Assembly: GCA_934654835.1 (NCBI GenBank)
Contig: CAKUGY010000003.1
Span: 115,416 to 179,415, forward strand
Origin: an uncultured Collinsella sp.
GTDB lineage: Bacteria; Actinomycetota; Coriobacteriia; Coriobacteriales; Coriobacteriaceae
Direction: 5' to 3'
DNA length: 64,000 nt
In this document: positions 18,578 to 26,621 of the stretch, one piece after another
Numbering within the stretch: the stretch's first letter is position 1
How the letters are laid out: each line of letters starts with the position of its first letter
The notes under the pieces: model-generated
Databases searched by the model: none
The model's input: only the letters and a program-made list of their open reading frames with translations
Told to the model about the DNA's origin: nothing
Program-made: the position numbers and the translations under genes

Positions 18578-19472
18578 GCCTAAGGACGACGGCAAGCAGC
18601 CCGACTCCTCGTTCATCCAGCTTGATGATGCAAAGCAAAAGGGCGCCGCTTCGGCGGCGTCCGCCCCTCGGCGCAAGGTGCTGCTCGGCGTCCTGACTGC
18701 CGCATGCATCGCGCTGATCGTTGTTTCGCTGGGCTTTGTCCATCCTTCCGCCAGTGGGGCCTGGTCCATCGACTGGATTGTCCGGACCGTGACGGGGGAG
18801 AGCATCGTTACCAAGGACGCCGGGGGAACTGGCGCGACCGTCACTTCGGTCAAAGCCGGGTCCAAGGATTCCAAATCCTCGGATGATGCGAAGGACGAAT
18901 CCAAAGATTCGGATAAATCTGATTCCAAGGACGATTCCGAATCTTCGGACAAGGACTCGGACAAAGACTCGAAAGAGAAAAAGTCCGAAGGCAAGGGCGG
19001 TAAGAAGTCTGGCAACAAATCTAAGACCCAGAATGGCGGATCCGTCGATCAGTCCAGCTCTTCTGACGGCGCATCTTCGGGCGGCGGATCAACGACGGGT
19101 GGTGGGGCTACTTCTAACGGCGGCAGCGCCTCTGCGGGCAGCCAGAGCGGCTCGCAGCAGCCTGGCTACGTTACGGTGACGGTGTCGGTCACATCGAGTG
19201 CTGTGGGCAATCCTGTCTCGTCTGGCGGCACGTTCACCTTTAACGAGGGCGCCACGGTCTACGATGCCCTATGCGCGCTGGGCCTTTCCGTTAACGCTCA
19301 TGGCTCGTCGTACGGCACCTACGTTGCCGCCATCGGCGGTCTAGCCGAGAAGGAGCACGGCAGTACGAGCGGCTGGATGTACTCCGTCAACGGCGTAACG
19401 CCCAACACGGCTTGCAGCAACTACGTTCTTTCCAACGGAGACAACGTAGTCTGGTATTACGTAACGGGCTAG
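18567..19472 (+). CDS. Membrane-anchored protein with K/D/S- and G/S-rich spacer and C-terminal transcobalamin-like (DUF4430-type) domain
   Basis: N-terminal TM helix VLLGVLTAACIALIVVSLGFV. The C-terminal YVTVTVSV...GATVYDALCALGLSV...GSSYGTYVAAIGGLAEKEHGSTSGWMYSVNG....YVLSNGDNVVWYYV matches the DUF4430 signature. The gene overlaps the end of the upstream gene by 11 nt. Confidence 0.8.
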   Translation: MSDKPKDDGKQPDSSFIQLDDAKQKGAASAASAPRRKVLLGVLTAACIALIVVSLGFVHPSASGAWSIDWIVRTVTGESIVTKDAGGTGATVTSVKAGSKDSKSSDDAKDESKDSDKSDSKDDSESSDKDSDKDSKEKKSEGKGGKKSGNKSKTQNGGSVDQSSSSDGASSGGGSTTGGGATSNGGSASAGSQSGSQQPGYVTVTVSVTSSAVGNPVSSGGTFTFNEGATVYDALCALGLSVNAHGSSYGTYVAAIGGLAEKEHGSTSGWMYSVNGVTPNTACSNYVLSNGDNVVWYYVTG

Positions 19473-19496
19473 ATGCATCGACATAGCATGCCAATC

Positions 19497-19532
19497 GGGC
19501 GGTTCGGAGAGTATCCGAACCGCCCGCTTTTA
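19497..19532 (+). terminator. Rho-independent terminator after the DUF4430 gene pair
   Basis: GGGCGGTTCGGA/TCCGAACCGCCC hairpin followed by GCTTTTA. Confidence 0.75.
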
Positions 19533-19628
19533 CTGGGAATGGGGAGTTTCCCAATCGAGGCTCAACCGGAAAGCGCGTCCCATTTCGGCGCCGTGGCCCG
19601 TCTCGCGCGCTGCCATCGGCAGGCTCAG

Positions 19629-19668
19629 CAAAAAAAATTACCGGCTGGAATGTGAATTCCAACCGGTT
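19629..19668 (-). terminator. Rho-independent terminator after the GtrA-like gene
   Basis: On the minus strand: ACCGGTTGGAATTCACATTCCAGCCGGT hairpin followed by T-run (A8 on plus at 19629-19637). Confidence 0.7.
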
Positions 19669-19694
19669 ATACATTCAAGCAAATGTCGAATCGA

Positions 19695-20102
19695 CTACGA
19701 CTGCGCGCCCTCGAGGAAGAAGCGGCGGCTAAAGTAGTTGTACCAGGTGACCAAGAACGTGGCGATGGCCTTCATGGCCTGGTAGCCGATGCTCAAAAAC
19801 GTGACGCCCACAAACATGTACAGGTCGTTGAGGCCCAGGCCAATCACCGACAGGATGGTGAAGATCGTGAACTCGCGCTTGCGGCTCATGCCCTCGCGGT
19901 GGTCGAACACGTACTTCATACTGAGCCAGTAATTGACCACAACGGACGTGATAAACGAGATCGTGGTGCTCATCAAAAAGTCAAAGTGGAACAGCTCGAC
20001 GAGCGCAATAAGCATGCCCCAGTCGATGCCAAAGGAGATAAGTCCCACGACAGCGAACTTGAGGAACTGCTTAGTATGAGGTTGTGCCAGTGCCTTGCGC
20101 AC
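19695..20102 (-). CDS. GtrA-like family membrane protein
   Basis: 135 aa with four predicted TM segments. FLKFAVVGLISFGIDWGMLIALVELF and NYWLSMKYVFDHREGMSRKREF are typical of the GtrA family. Confidence 0.8.
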   Translation of the reverse strand: MRKALAQPHTKQFLKFAVVGLISFGIDWGMLIALVELFHFDFLMSTTISFITSVVVNYWLSMKYVFDHREGMSRKREFTIFTILSVIGLGLNDLYMFVGVTFLSIGYQAMKAIATFLVTWYNYFSRRFFLEGAQS

Positions 20103-20252
20103 GCAATCACATCCAATGCGTTGATGAATCGAGCAGAGGATACTTTAGAGCTTTTGCATGGGAAACGTAAGGGCTTTGCCAAGAACTATACGAACTCGTC
20201 AAATTTTCAAGAGGCAATCCGCAAACGTTGGAAATTTGCCCGTAAACGAATA

Positions 20253-20298
20253 GGGCCCGCGAACGACGCCGCACCCAGTGCACGTCGTTCGCGGGCCC
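20253..20298 (-). terminator. Strong hairpin between the two GtrA-like genes (probable terminator)
   Basis: Perfect 16-bp stem GGGCCCGCGAACGACG / CGTCGTTCGCGGGCCC just downstream of the stop at 20322. On the minus strand the following tract is only moderately T-rich. Confidence 0.5.
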
Positions 20299-20321
20299 TG
20301 CAATACAGCGAGAAAGCCGAG

Positions 20322-20717
20322 CTACTTGGTCTCGTCGCCCTCCAGGAAAATCTTGCGGGTCACAAAGTTGTAGACCATGACGAGCGCGGTGGCGCAAATC
20401 TTGGCGATATTGGCCTCGAGTCCCAGGCCGGCGTTGAGCGCCAACACGATGCCGTCGTTAAGCACCAGGCCGATCACAGACAGCACGACAAAGATGACAA
20501 ACTCGCGACGGCGGCTCATGCCCTCCTTGTGCGCGAACACGTACTTCATGCTCGCGACGTAGTTAAAGATGAGCGAGACGATAAAGCCGCTGGTGTTGGC
20601 GATCAAGATGTTGAGGCCCAGACCGTAGTGGAGCAGATTCATGATGCCGAAGTCGATGACCGTGGCAATGACGCCGACGACGCCAAACTTCATGATCTGC
20701 GCAAGGAGCTTTTGCAT
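20322..20717 (-). CDS. GtrA-like family membrane protein (paralog)
   Basis: MQKLLAQIMKFGVVGVIATVIDFGIMNLL... and NYVASMKYVFAHKEGMSRRREF are parallel to the neighbouring GtrA-like gene. The ORF track allows a longer start at 20780. Confidence 0.8.
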   Translation of the reverse strand: MQKLLAQIMKFGVVGVIATVIDFGIMNLLHYGLGLNILIANTSGFIVSLIFNYVASMKYVFAHKEGMSRRREFVIFVVLSVIGLVLNDGIVLALNAGLGLEANIAKICATALVMVYNFVTRKIFLEGDETK

Positions 20718-20795
20718 GGTACCTGCCTTTAGGTGGCGCCGGGGCGCCGTGGGGATGACAAACTCAGCAAGTTTAGCCAATCCCCGTGGGCGGGG

Positions 20796-22712
20796 CTAGG
20801 CGCGCTCCTCGATAGCACCGTTTCTATATGCATCGAGCAGCTGACGTAGGTCCTGGATCTGGCTGCGGATCTTGGCACCCGAATCGGTATCGCTTACCAT
20901 GCGGCGACGGTCGGCCTGGTCAAAACGGTTGGTCTCGCTCTCGATGTCCACGTTGCGCGTGAGTGCCTCGGCAACCGTCGTAAAGGCCCGGTGCGATTTA
21001 AGACGGCATCCGCGCGAGCTGGAGATGAGCGTATAACCGGCGATGCCCGTCTTGGGATGGTAGGCGCGGCAGAAGCCGCCATCGATGACCAGCAGTTTGC
21101 CGTCGGCACGGATGGGCTGCTCACCCTTGGTGGTCTTGACGGGGGTGTGGCCGTTGATGATGTGACCGGTCGGTGAACATGCCATGGGGACGACGCCGAA
21201 CTCGTGCATGATGTCATCGCAAACCGAGGGCGACGTAGTGAGCGTGTAATACGGATCCATCGGCTCGACCCAGGTACTCTTGTCAGCGATGTAGGCGCGC
21301 TCGAAGGTGCGCACCAGACGTCCGCTGGCGGGCGAGTTAAAGCCGATCCACAGGTACCACATCCAGTCGAGGGCGTCACGGTCGCCGGTGCGCCAGGCAC
21401 GGCGGGCGATGTGGTCGCAAAAATCGAAATAATCGCGACCGGCGTGCCAAGTGCCCAAGCAGTTCATGCTGCTAAAGGTGCCGTCCTCGTTGAGCGGCAC
21501 GCAACCGTGGAACAGCAGGTTGCCGTTGGTGACCTTGTACATCGAGCCGTGCGTGTAGAGGAAATCGATATGGCGATGCAGGTGATCGGCGGTGACAAAC
21601 TCAGACACGAGCTTGTCGATGATGTGCTGTTCCTCGGGCGTGAGTGTATAGGGGTCTGTCGGGTCGACGGTGGGGAAGTCGTTGGTCGTGAGCGGCCACA
21701 CGCTGCCGTCGGCGAGCGTGACCGTGCCGGAGTCGTGATCGATCTTGTCGAGCAGCAGGCGGTCGGTCATATCGAACTCGGGGTGGCGCTGGATAATCTG
21801 ACCCTCGAGCTTAAAGAGCAGCACGTTGATGGCTTTGATGAGCGGGGTGATGGACTCGCTCGCGGTGTAGGTGGCATCGGCGAAGGCGACAAGCTCGCGC
21901 AGCGAGATGCCGTAGTCGTTCTCCAGGATCTCGTAGTTGTCGTATCGCAGGTTGTTGCGCAGGGCCGTGGCGATGCAGGCGGGCTCGCCGGCCGCAGCGC
22001 CCATCCACAGCAGGTCGTGGTTGCCCCACTGGATATCGAGCGAATGGTAGGTGAGCAGGCGATCCATAATCTTGGCCGCACCGCCGCCGCGGTCGAAGAT
22101 GTCGCCCACCAGGTGCAGGTGGTCGACGGCCAAGCGCTTGATGAGCGAGGCGAGCGACTCGATAAAGTCGTCGGCGCTGGCGGTCTCCAGGATGGACTCC
22201 ACAATGCGCTCGTGATAGCGCACACGATAGTTGTTCTCGTCCGGGTGCGTGTGCAGCAGCTCGTCGATGATATAGGCGTAGTCGCGCGGGATGGCCTTGC
22301 GCACCTTGGAGCGGGTGTAGCGGCTCGAAAGCGAGCGGGCGACCATGATGAGCTGGTCGAGCATTGTCTTGTACCAGGTGGGCGAGTCCTCGCGCTGGCT
22401 GCGGACCAGGTCGATCTTCTCGCGCGGGTAATAGATGAGCGTGCATAGCTCGCCCTTTTCGTCAAAGGAGAGCGTGTCGCCAAAGATTTCGTCGACATGC
22501 TCGCGCACCACGCCCGAGCAGTTGTTGAGGATATGCATAAAGGCTTCGTACTCGCCGTGCACGTCGCTCATAAAATGCTCGGTGCCCTTGGGCAGGTTGA
22601 GGATGGCCGAGAGGTTGATGATCTCGGTAAATGCGGATTGCTCGGTGGGAAATTGTCTCGACAGCAGACGCAGATACTTAAAGTCTTGCGGATTGCGATC
22701 GAATGCGACCAT
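20796..22712 (-). CDS. fbp: Fructose-1,6-bisphosphatase, class 3
   Basis: 638 aa. The N-terminus YLRLLSRQFPTEQSAFTEIINLSAILNLPKGTEHFMSDVHGEYEAF and the metallophosphoesterase motifs (GDIFDRG, GNHD) match the FBPase class III family. Confidence 0.9.
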   Translation of the reverse strand: MVAFDRNPQDFKYLRLLSRQFPTEQSAFTEIINLSAILNLPKGTEHFMSDVHGEYEAFMHILNNCSGVVREHVDEIFGDTLSFDEKGELCTLIYYPREKIDLVRSQREDSPTWYKTMLDQLIMVARSLSSRYTRSKVRKAIPRDYAYIIDELLHTHPDENNYRVRYHERIVESILETASADDFIESLASLIKRLAVDHLHLVGDIFDRGGGAAKIMDRLLTYHSLDIQWGNHDLLWMGAAAGEPACIATALRNNLRYDNYEILENDYGISLRELVAFADATYTASESITPLIKAINVLLFKLEGQIIQRHPEFDMTDRLLLDKIDHDSGTVTLADGSVWPLTTNDFPTVDPTDPYTLTPEEQHIIDKLVSEFVTADHLHRHIDFLYTHGSMYKVTNGNLLFHGCVPLNEDGTFSSMNCLGTWHAGRDYFDFCDHIARRAWRTGDRDALDWMWYLWIGFNSPASGRLVRTFERAYIADKSTWVEPMDPYYTLTTSPSVCDDIMHEFGVVPMACSPTGHIINGHTPVKTTKGEQPIRADGKLLVIDGGFCRAYHPKTGIAGYTLISSSRGCRLKSHRAFTTVAEALTRNVDIESETNRFDQADRRRMVSDTDSGAKIRSQIQDLRQLLDAYRNGAIEERA

Positions 22713-23032
22713 GAAACACCTTCCGATATGGTTGGTAAAACTGATAAAGCGGCGTCAAGCGTTTACCAGTATGCGCCGCCTTTGTTTCGATTTTGCGCCG
22801 GCGGCTGAATTGTCGGCTGAACGGTTTGCTAAATCGATTTAGTGGAGGTAGATGTGTCGGTTGAGTGGAGACGAAGGGGGCGGTATTGCCTAGATTGGTC
22901 CATGGCGGCGATGGAGATGTTCGTGATAAAGATGTTCAATGCTAATAGTTCGAATTGGTAAATAGTGGACATTTGTACCGTATTTAGGCTCGCTGTGCGA
23001 TAATTTGCGCAACAATGATTAAGGAGCCTCAT

Positions 23033-23923
23033 ATGAGTGATTTTGTCCTGACCTGTGAGTCTGGCGCCGATCGAACCCGCGAGTTCTTTGCGTCGCGCAA
23101 TATTCCTGTCGTGTATTTCCATTACGAGATTGATGGCGTTGTCTATGACGATGACCTGTATCAGTCGATTTCGCCGGACGAGTTTTTTGCCAAGATCGCC
23201 GCGGGCGCCATGCCTAAGACGTCGCAGCTGGGCGTGGGCGAGTACGAGGAGTTTTGGGAGCCGTTTGCCGCCGAGGGCAAGGACGTGCTGCATCTGACGC
23301 TGTCGTCGGGTATTTCGGGCACGTATGGCTCGGCCTGCGTTGCGGCGCAGATGCTCGCGGATCGCTATCCCCAGGGCGGCAAGGTGCGCGTCATCGATTC
23401 GCTGGCGGCGTCTTCGGGCTTTGGCCTGCTGGCGGAATGTGCCGCCGACGTCCGCGATAGCGGCGCTTCGCTCGACGAGACGGCCGCTTGGATTGAGGAG
23501 CATAAACTCAACCTTCACCACTGGTTCTTCTCGACCGATCTGTCGAGCTACCTGCGCGGCGGTCGCATTTCGGCTGCGAGCGCGATCATCGGCACGGCGC
23601 TTAAGATTTGCCCGCTTATGACGGTCGATTGCGAAGGTGGACTGTCGCCACGTGAGAAGATTCGCACTAAGAAGCGCGCGATTTCCGAGATGGCTAAGAC
23701 CATGATGGCACACGTGCAGGACGGTGCGGATTATTCGGGTAAGTGCATCATGTCGCACTCGGCGTGCCGCGAGGATGCCGAGGCCGTTGCGGCGCTGATT
23801 GAGGAACAGGTTCCGCAACTTAAAGGCAAGATTGAGATCAATAACATCGGTACTCTGATTGGCTCGCATACCGGACCTGGCACGGTGGCGCTCTTCTTTA
23901 TGGGCGACAAACGCGTGGATTAA
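23033..23923 (+). CDS. DegV family fatty-acid-binding protein
   Basis: AAGGAG RBS lies 6 nt upstream. DegV-like motifs: LTCESGADRT, TSQLGVGEYEEFW, HLTLSSGISGTYGSA, VIDSLAASSGFGLL, NIGTLIGSHTGPGTVALFF. Confidence 0.85.
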   Translation: MSDFVLTCESGADRTREFFASRNIPVVYFHYEIDGVVYDDDLYQSISPDEFFAKIAAGAMPKTSQLGVGEYEEFWEPFAAEGKDVLHLTLSSGISGTYGSACVAAQMLADRYPQGGKVRVIDSLAASSGFGLLAECAADVRDSGASLDETAAWIEEHKLNLHHWFFSTDLSSYLRGGRISAASAIIGTALKICPLMTVDCEGGLSPREKIRTKKRAISEMAKTMMAHVQDGADYSGKCIMSHSACREDAEAVAALIEEQVPQLKGKIEINNIGTLIGSHTGPGTVALFFMGDKRVD

Positions 23924-23964
23924 TCTGCCCCATCACATCGCTGCATGATTGCTCAAACGAAAAC

Positions 23965-23992
23965 GGCCCGCCTCACGTTTGTGGGGCGGGCC
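23965..23992. terminator. Bidirectional terminator between convergent genes
   Basis: GGCCCGCCTCAC/GTGGGGCGGGCC hairpin. T-rich tracts follow on both strands (AAGATGTTTTGTT on plus; GTTTTCGTTT on minus). Confidence 0.7.
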
Positions 23993-24003
23993 AAGATGTT
24001 TTG

Positions 24004-25095
24004 TTAGCGTTTCTTTCCGCGGAAGAAGAAGCCGTGCAGTGACGGCTTGAGTCCGCGGTTGGCGCGATGCTCCTCAACGCGCTCGTGGATCGAGGCGACA
24101 CGCTCGATGACCTCGTCGGGAATCGGTACGTCGGGATTCATGTTCTCGACCTGGCTGACCTCGGCGGCGGCGACCTGGTCGATGATGGGCACATCTTCGC
24201 GCGAAATAACGGGCGTGGCGTCTTCTTTCATCTTGCGGTAGCGCTGCATCATGTCGGTCTGCAGCTGCTGCGCCGAAGGCGGCGTCCAGATGATGGCGTT
24301 GGCGCCGGCGGCGATGGTCTCGCGGATGCTCTCGGGTGTCTTGCCGCCCGGTGCGATGAGCGGCAGGTTGGGATAGTGCTCGCGCAACTCGCGCAGGACC
24401 TGCGGCGTGTTTTTACCGGCTGCGATGTTGAGGATCTTGGCTCCGGCGCGAACCTTGGCATGTGCATCGTCATCGCAGCGCACGACCGTGGCGATGACGG
24501 GGATGTCCGCCATGTTGGTGATGTGCTCGACCATCTCGGCGGTGGCGGGGGAGTTGACCACGCAGCCTGCCGCGCCCTGCATCTCGGAGACGGCCGCCAT
24601 CTGAACGGAGCGCTTGCCGGTGGTGGTGCCACCGCCCACGCCCACAAAGACCGGGCACTCGGCGACAGTCAGCAACGCCTGCGTAATGGCCGGCTGCGGC
24701 GTGAAGGGGTAAACGGCAAAGACGGCATCGGCGTTGGAGTTGCGGATGACCGCGACGTCGGTGGTATAGATGAGCGACTTGATGCGACGGCCGAAGAGCG
24801 TAAAGCCGCTGGCCTCCTCGATCTCGTCGGGCATGCGAAGGGCTGCTTTGCGCAGACGCCCATCGATGGGAAGCGGCTCCATGGGGAGCAGCCCGTTGGG
24901 GGTGACGGCTACCTGTGGCTCGGTGAATTCGTCGGCGAGTTCGACCTCGGAGAAGTCGACCGAGGCGACGATGTCTTCGTGAACTTCGGCGGGCACATCG
25001 ATGGGGGCTTGGTCGTTTGCCGCGGCGGGCATGTCGAAGGAGCTGGTGCCGACGAAGGCGTCGACGCGCTCGTTGAGGTCGTTGAGGGTATCCAT
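24004..25095 (-). CDS. Conserved hypothetical protein, probable (beta/alpha)8-barrel fold with acidic N-terminal extension
   Basis: The long ORF has sensible composition. Alternating strand/helix motifs VFVGVGGGTTTGKRS, IPVIATVV and LIAPGGKTPESIRETIAAGANAII resemble phosphate-binding TIM-barrel enzymes. No specific family was recognised. Confidence 0.5.
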   Translation of the reverse strand: MDTLNDLNERVDAFVGTSSFDMPAAANDQAPIDVPAEVHEDIVASVDFSEVELADEFTEPQVAVTPNGLLPMEPLPIDGRLRKAALRMPDEIEEASGFTLFGRRIKSLIYTTDVAVIRNSNADAVFAVYPFTPQPAITQALLTVAECPVFVGVGGGTTTGKRSVQMAAVSEMQGAAGCVVNSPATAEMVEHITNMADIPVIATVVRCDDDAHAKVRAGAKILNIAAGKNTPQVLRELREHYPNLPLIAPGGKTPESIRETIAAGANAIIWTPPSAQQLQTDMMQRYRKMKEDATPVISREDVPIIDQVAAAEVSQVENMNPDVPIPDEVIERVASIHERVEEHRANRGLKPSLHGFFFRGKKR

Positions 25096-25285
25096 GGAGG
25101 CTCGATTCTATGCGATAGTTGCCGGCACATGCAGCCGGAGTTGCGAGTGCTAAATCGTTTGACGAGTTGATTTTTCCCCGCCGCGCCCACCGTTAGACTG
25201 AAGGACTGGCGAACGTGAAGGAGCTGTGGTGGCGGGCGTCGAGGTGCTATCTTGAATGTCCCGTTTAAAAGAGAGGTGACGCGGT

Positions 25286-25456
25286 ATGGAATTGACAGCA
25301 ATGTTGGGCTCGATTGGCCTGTGCGTGGGCGCAATCGTGGCCGCCGCGGTCATCTACTTTGTGGTCACGGCCATTAAGGGCAAAAGGGCCGAGCGCAGGG
25401 AGCGCGAGGCGCTTAAGCGACATCGTGACCAGCAGGACAAACGCGCACGGAGATAG
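25286..25456 (+). CDS. Small single-pass membrane protein (56 aa), absent from the ORF track
   Basis: RBS GAGAGGTG lies 7 nt upstream of the ATG. MELTAMLGSIGLCVGAIVAAAVIYFVVTAIKGKRAERREREALKRHRDQQDKRARR has one hydrophobic helix followed by a strongly basic tail. Confidence 0.45.
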   Translation: MELTAMLGSIGLCVGAIVAAAVIYFVVTAIKGKRAERREREALKRHRDQQDKRARR

Positions 25457-25480
25457 CTTGTTGAGTATTTGGTCCGTGCG

Positions 25481-26584
25481 CTAGCTGCGTTTTCGGATCA
25501 GGGCGATGTAGAAGCCCTCAAAGTCGCGGCTGGGCGGAATGGTGAGCGTACCGGGCAGGCCGTTGGCGACGGCCGAGACGCGGCCGGCAGCGATGGCCTC
25601 GGTGAGGGCGTTGCACTCGACGTGTGGCTCCTCGCCGGCTTCCTGGGCGCGGCGTGCTTCACTTTTGCTCGGTGTGCCGTTAAGGGGGATAAGCTCGCAG
25701 TCCATGCGCTTGTCGAGGGCCTCTTGCAGGGCGTCCTCGTTTTCCTGCGGCAAGATCGAACAAGTGGAATAGACCAGCGTGCCACCCGGCTTGAGGGCAC
25801 CCATGGCGCGGTCCAGAAGCGCTCGCTGCGAGCGGGCGCACTTGCCAAGTAGCTGCTCGGTCAGGCCGCGCAGGCTCTTCTCGTTGCCGCTGATGACTGT
25901 GCCCGTGCCGGTGCAGGGGGCGTCGAGCAGGATGCGGTCAAAGCGGAAGAACTCGTCGAGCTCGCGCGCGTCGATGCGCATGACGGGCACGTTTTTGACG
26001 CCTTGACGGTGGAGATTGGACTCGAGCTTCTCGGCGCGGGGGATGCTCATCTCGCAGGCGGTGAGGTGCACCTGTCCCTGCGTGAGAGCGGCGATCTGCG
26101 TCGTCTTGCCGCCAGGGGCTGCGCACATGTCCAGGATGTCCTCGCCGGCCTGGGCGCCCAGGACCAACGGAGGCATCATGGACGACAGACTCTGCAGGTA
26201 GATTTTTCCGTCGCGGTAGATGTCGAGGTCCCACAGGTCGGAAACCTGGGCCTCGGGCAGGATGAAGGCGTCCCGGTACCAGGTAACGGTTTGGTGGGCG
26301 ATACCGGCCTCGTCGAGTGCCGCGGCGATGTCCTCGGCGGTCGCTTTGAGCGTGTTGGCGCGCAGTGTGACCGGGCGTTCGCTCGCGGCGCCGAAGCCCC
26401 CGATCATAAGCTCGGCATCAGCCGCGGCATAGGCGCCGGCGACCGTGTCGACCATAAAGCGCGGCAGGTCGGCGGCACAGGGAAGGGCGGCAAGCTGGTC
26501 GGAAAGCTCGGTAGCAGCAAACTGCCTGAGCTTGAGCTCGGCCTTGACCTGCTTTTTCTGCTTACGACGACGCGGCTTGGACAT
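25481..26584 (-). CDS. RsmB/RsmF (NOL1/NOP2/Sun) family RNA cytosine-C5 methyltransferase
   Basis: Motifs DMCAAPGGKTTQIA, FDRILLDAPCTGTGTV, PGGTLVYSTCSILPQENE. Confidence 0.85.
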   Translation of the reverse strand: MSKPRRRKQKKQVKAELKLRQFAATELSDQLAALPCAADLPRFMVDTVAGAYAAADAELMIGGFGAASERPVTLRANTLKATAEDIAAALDEAGIAHQTVTWYRDAFILPEAQVSDLWDLDIYRDGKIYLQSLSSMMPPLVLGAQAGEDILDMCAAPGGKTTQIAALTQGQVHLTACEMSIPRAEKLESNLHRQGVKNVPVMRIDARELDEFFRFDRILLDAPCTGTGTVISGNEKSLRGLTEQLLGKCARSQRALLDRAMGALKPGGTLVYSTCSILPQENEDALQEALDKRMDCELIPLNGTPSKSEARRAQEAGEEPHVECNALTEAIAAGRVSAVANGLPGTLTIPPSRDFEGFYIALIRKRS

Positions 26585-26621
26585 CCGTCTTTCCTTCCCA
26601 TTCCATTACATGTCGAGTGTT

